A stretch of 20,000 nucleotides of DNA. Source: Deltaproteobacteria bacterium. GTDB lineage: Bacteria > Myxococcota > JACRCW01. Where the stretch lies: positions 51,609-71,608 of the forward strand of contig JACRCW010000081.1 of NCBI GenBank assembly GCA_016218805.1, given 5' to 3'. This document shows, piece after piece, positions 15,964 to 20,000 of the stretch. The translations under genes and the position numbers were made by a program. The notes beneath the pieces are model-generated. The model was not told the DNA's origin, ran no database searches, and was given only the letters and a program-made list of their open reading frames with translations. The stretch's first letter is position 1; each line of letters opens with the position of its first letter.

Positions 15964-16404
15964 ATGGGAATGCTGGCCGACATGTTCGCGGGGCACCACA
16001 AGGAATGCGATGACCTGTTTGCCGCCGCGGAAGCGGCCGCGCAGGACGGCGCGTGGGACAAGGCGGCGCCGCTGTGGGAACGCTACGCCGCCGCCATGGA
16101 GCGCCACCTGTCCACGGAGGAGGGCGTGCTGTTCCCGGCGTTTGAAGACGCCAGCGGGATGCGCGGAGGCCCCACGCAGGTGATGCGCATGGAGCACACG
16201 CAGATGCGCGGCCTGCTGCAGCAGGCGGGCCAGGCGGTGGCGGCACGGGACGCGGACGGTTTTGGCGGCGCGTGCGAAACGCTCAACATCCTCATGCAGC
16301 AGCACAACATGAAAGAGGAGAACATCCTGTATCCCATGTGTGACCGCGCGGTGGGTTCCAACGCCGCGCTGGTGCAGCAGCTGCGGGAGAAGCTGGGTAA
16401 GTGA
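15964..16404 (+). CDS. Hemerythrin HHE cation-binding domain protein
   Basis: HHKECDDLF, RHLSTEEGVLFPAFE, MRMEHTQMR, QHNMKEENILYPM di-iron ligand pattern; GGAGGA SD. Confidence 0.93.
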   Translation: MGMLADMFAGHHKECDDLFAAAEAAAQDGAWDKAAPLWERYAAAMERHLSTEEGVLFPAFEDASGMRGGPTQVMRMEHTQMRGLLQQAGQAVAARDADGFGGACETLNILMQQHNMKEENILYPMCDRAVGSNAALVQQLREKLGK

Positions 16405-16634
16405 GGACGGAACCCGCCCCGTTCCGGACGATTGACGCTCGGGACTGGCTGCCGCCGGAGCCCATGGAGGCCGTGCTGGCGGCGCTGCCGGAGCTGGACC
16501 CGGGCCGGGAACTGGTGCTGCTGCTCTACCGCGAGCCATTCCCGCTGTACCGCGTGCTGGAAGCGCGCGGGTTTGTGCACCGCACGGTGCTGCATCCGGA
16601 CGGCACGTTTGCCATCCATGTGCGGCGCGCATGA
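16401..16634 (+). CDS. DUF2249 domain (SirA/TusA-like fold) protein
   Basis: IDARDWLPPEPMEAVLAAL..L.PG..LVLLLYREPFPLYRVLEARGF; GTGA overlap with the hemerythrin stop. Confidence 0.85.
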   Translation: MRTEPAPFRTIDARDWLPPEPMEAVLAALPELDPGRELVLLLYREPFPLYRVLEARGFVHRTVLHPDGTFAIHVRRA

Positions 16635-17932
16635 TCGGGGCGCTGAGCTTTGAGCAGGCCCCGCCGCTGTGGGTGCCGCTGCGCTTCTTTCTGACGGCGC
16701 CCTGGTTCCTGTGCGCCGCCGGGCTGCTGCTGGCGGTGGATGGCGCGCACGTGGTGGCGGGCGGGCGGTGGGGTCCGGGCGCGGTGGCCGCGGTCCACCT
16801 GGTCACCGCGGGGTACATGCTGCAGGTGATGGCGGGCGCGCTGCTGCAGTTCATGCCGGTGGCGGCGGGTGCCAACGTATGGCGGCCGCGCCTCACGGGC
16901 GGCGTGGCCCACGCGGGGTTCACCGCGGGCGGCGCGGCGTTGGTGGCAGGCTTTCTGTGGGTGGGCGTGCCCGCGTTGCAGGCCGCCACGGTGCTGATGG
17001 GTGGCGCGGGCGCGTTCTACGTCGTCGTGCTCGCGCGCGGGCTCGCCGCCTCGCCGGCCATCGGTCCCACGCTGCGCGGGCTGCGGTTCGCCGTGTTCGG
17101 GCTGGCGGTGACTGTGGCGCTCGGCGTGGCGCTTGCCAGCGTGTTCGGGTTTGGCGTGGCGCTGCCGCTGGCGGAGCTGGTCCCCGTGCACGCCGCGTGG
17201 GGCCTGGCCGGCTGGGCGCTCACGCTGCTGGCCGCCGTGGCGTGGCTCGTGGTGCCCATGTTCCAGCTCACCCCTCCCTATCCGCCGCGCTTTGCGTTCG
17301 CCTTCCCGCTCGCCGTGTGCGGGGTGGTGCTGGGCTGGACGGCCGCCGTGTTCCTGCGCACCCCGGCCGTGGCCATCGCGGTGGCCGCGGCGGGCACGCT
17401 CGTCGTCGGGGCGTTCGGGGGCGCCACGCTGCGCCTGCAGGGGCAGCGCAAGCGCCGCGTCACGGACGCCACGCTGGAGTGCTGGCGCGCAGGCATGGCC
17501 GCGTTGTGCGCGGCCGCGGTCCTGTTCCCAATCCCGCTCGCCGTGACGGACGCGGCGCTGCGCGGCCGGCTGGAGTGGCTCGCGGGCGTGCTGGTGCTGG
17601 GCGCGTTCGTCGCCGTCATCCAGGGCATGCTGCACAAGATTGTCCCGTTCCTGGTGTGGCTGCACCTGCGCAGCGTGATGGCCGTCCCCCCAACGATGCA
17701 GAAGGTCCTCCCCGACGCGCGCGCGCGCCCCCAGTCCCGCCTGCTGCTCGCCTCCATCCTGGTGCTGGCGCTGGCCGCGGCGTGGCCGCCGCTGGCGCAC
17801 CTGGGCGGCGTGCTGCTGGCGGTGGCGGCGGCGTGGGGCGGGGCGCTGCTCGTCGGAGCGGCGCGGTTCCACCACCGCCTGGCACAGTCTCCCTCGGCGT
17901 CACCCGACGACACGGGACGTTCCGCCCGCTGA
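16631..17932 (+). CDS. Polytopic membrane protein of the type found with hemerythrin/DUF2249 genes (NnrS/heme-copper-oxidase-like topology, tentative)
   Basis: ATGA overlap with the DUF2249 gene; roughly 12 hydrophobic helices; LSFEQAPP..VPLRFF, intramembrane His (VHLVTAGY, HAAWGLAGW), GALLQFMPV, VVPMFQLT, GMLHKIVPFLVWLH. Confidence 0.8.
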   Translation: MIGALSFEQAPPLWVPLRFFLTAPWFLCAAGLLLAVDGAHVVAGGRWGPGAVAAVHLVTAGYMLQVMAGALLQFMPVAAGANVWRPRLTGGVAHAGFTAGGAALVAGFLWVGVPALQAATVLMGGAGAFYVVVLARGLAASPAIGPTLRGLRFAVFGLAVTVALGVALASVFGFGVALPLAELVPVHAAWGLAGWALTLLAAVAWLVVPMFQLTPPYPPRFAFAFPLAVCGVVLGWTAAVFLRTPAVAIAVAAAGTLVVGAFGGATLRLQGQRKRRVTDATLECWRAGMAALCAAAVLFPIPLAVTDAALRGRLEWLAGVLVLGAFVAVIQGMLHKIVPFLVWLHLRSVMAVPPTMQKVLPDARARPQSRLLLASILVLALAAAWPPLAHLGGVLLAVAAAWGGALLVGAARFHHRLAQSPSASPDDTGRSAR

Positions 17933-18268
17933 CGCTCATGCGCGCGTGATCACGCGCATGCTTGCGACGTCGGTCGTGCTGGATCAGGCCCGCCGCGGCG
18001 TGACGTTTCGCGCAATCCCGGCGCTCCATACGCGGCGAAGCGTTTTCGAGAGCACCACGTCCCAGCTCTGGCCGGCGCGCACTTCTCGGGTATGGCCGGA
18101 ACGATGGTCCGGACGCCGCGTGCCGGGGGTGCAACCTGTGCGGAGTTTGCGGGCACGGTTCACGCGGATGCTCCCGGCACGCGGGGATTGCGCATCATGG
18201 TGCAATTGGCGTGATTTACAGCGGGGCGCACGCAGCGCGCGAAACGGACCGTGTCGTCGTGGAAATCA

Positions 18269-20000
<1,732 letters not shown>

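Noticed and set aside
16401..16634. tusA sulfur-carrier assignment
   Set aside because: Lacks the catalytic CPxP Cys (reads LPPEP), which fits DUF2249 instead.

Overview
GC-rich bacterial window, probably Myxococcota/deltaproteobacterial (inferred from Cys-rich lipoproteins with DAG/DGG linkers and an MtrC/OmcA-type cytochrome). I support 16 CDS; two run off the window edges and are missing from the ORF track. Left to right: a partial lipoprotein; a modular Cys-rich lipoprotein with two Kazal-like units; a ~1794-aa Ig-repeat surface protein bracketed by a 47-bp imperfect direct repeat; a minus-strand cluster (nitronate monooxygenase family, an APH-like/cytidylate-kinase-like fusion lacking catalytic residues, yajQ, small membrane protein); a membrane GGDEF(degenerate)-EAL protein; an SGT-repeat Cys-rich lipoprotein; acyl-CoA dehydrogenase; two paralogous small lipoproteins; a hemerythrin/DUF2249/membrane protein operon; and the 5' part of an MtrC/OmcA-family multiheme cytochrome with 37 uninterrupted collagen Gly-X-Y triplets. 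No rRNA, tRNA, CRISPR array or transposase was recognised. The best leads are the collagen-stalked cytochrome, the double-pseudoenzyme fusion upstream of yajQ, and the repeat-flanked 5.6-kb cassette. All family calls are from motif recognition by eye, not database searches.
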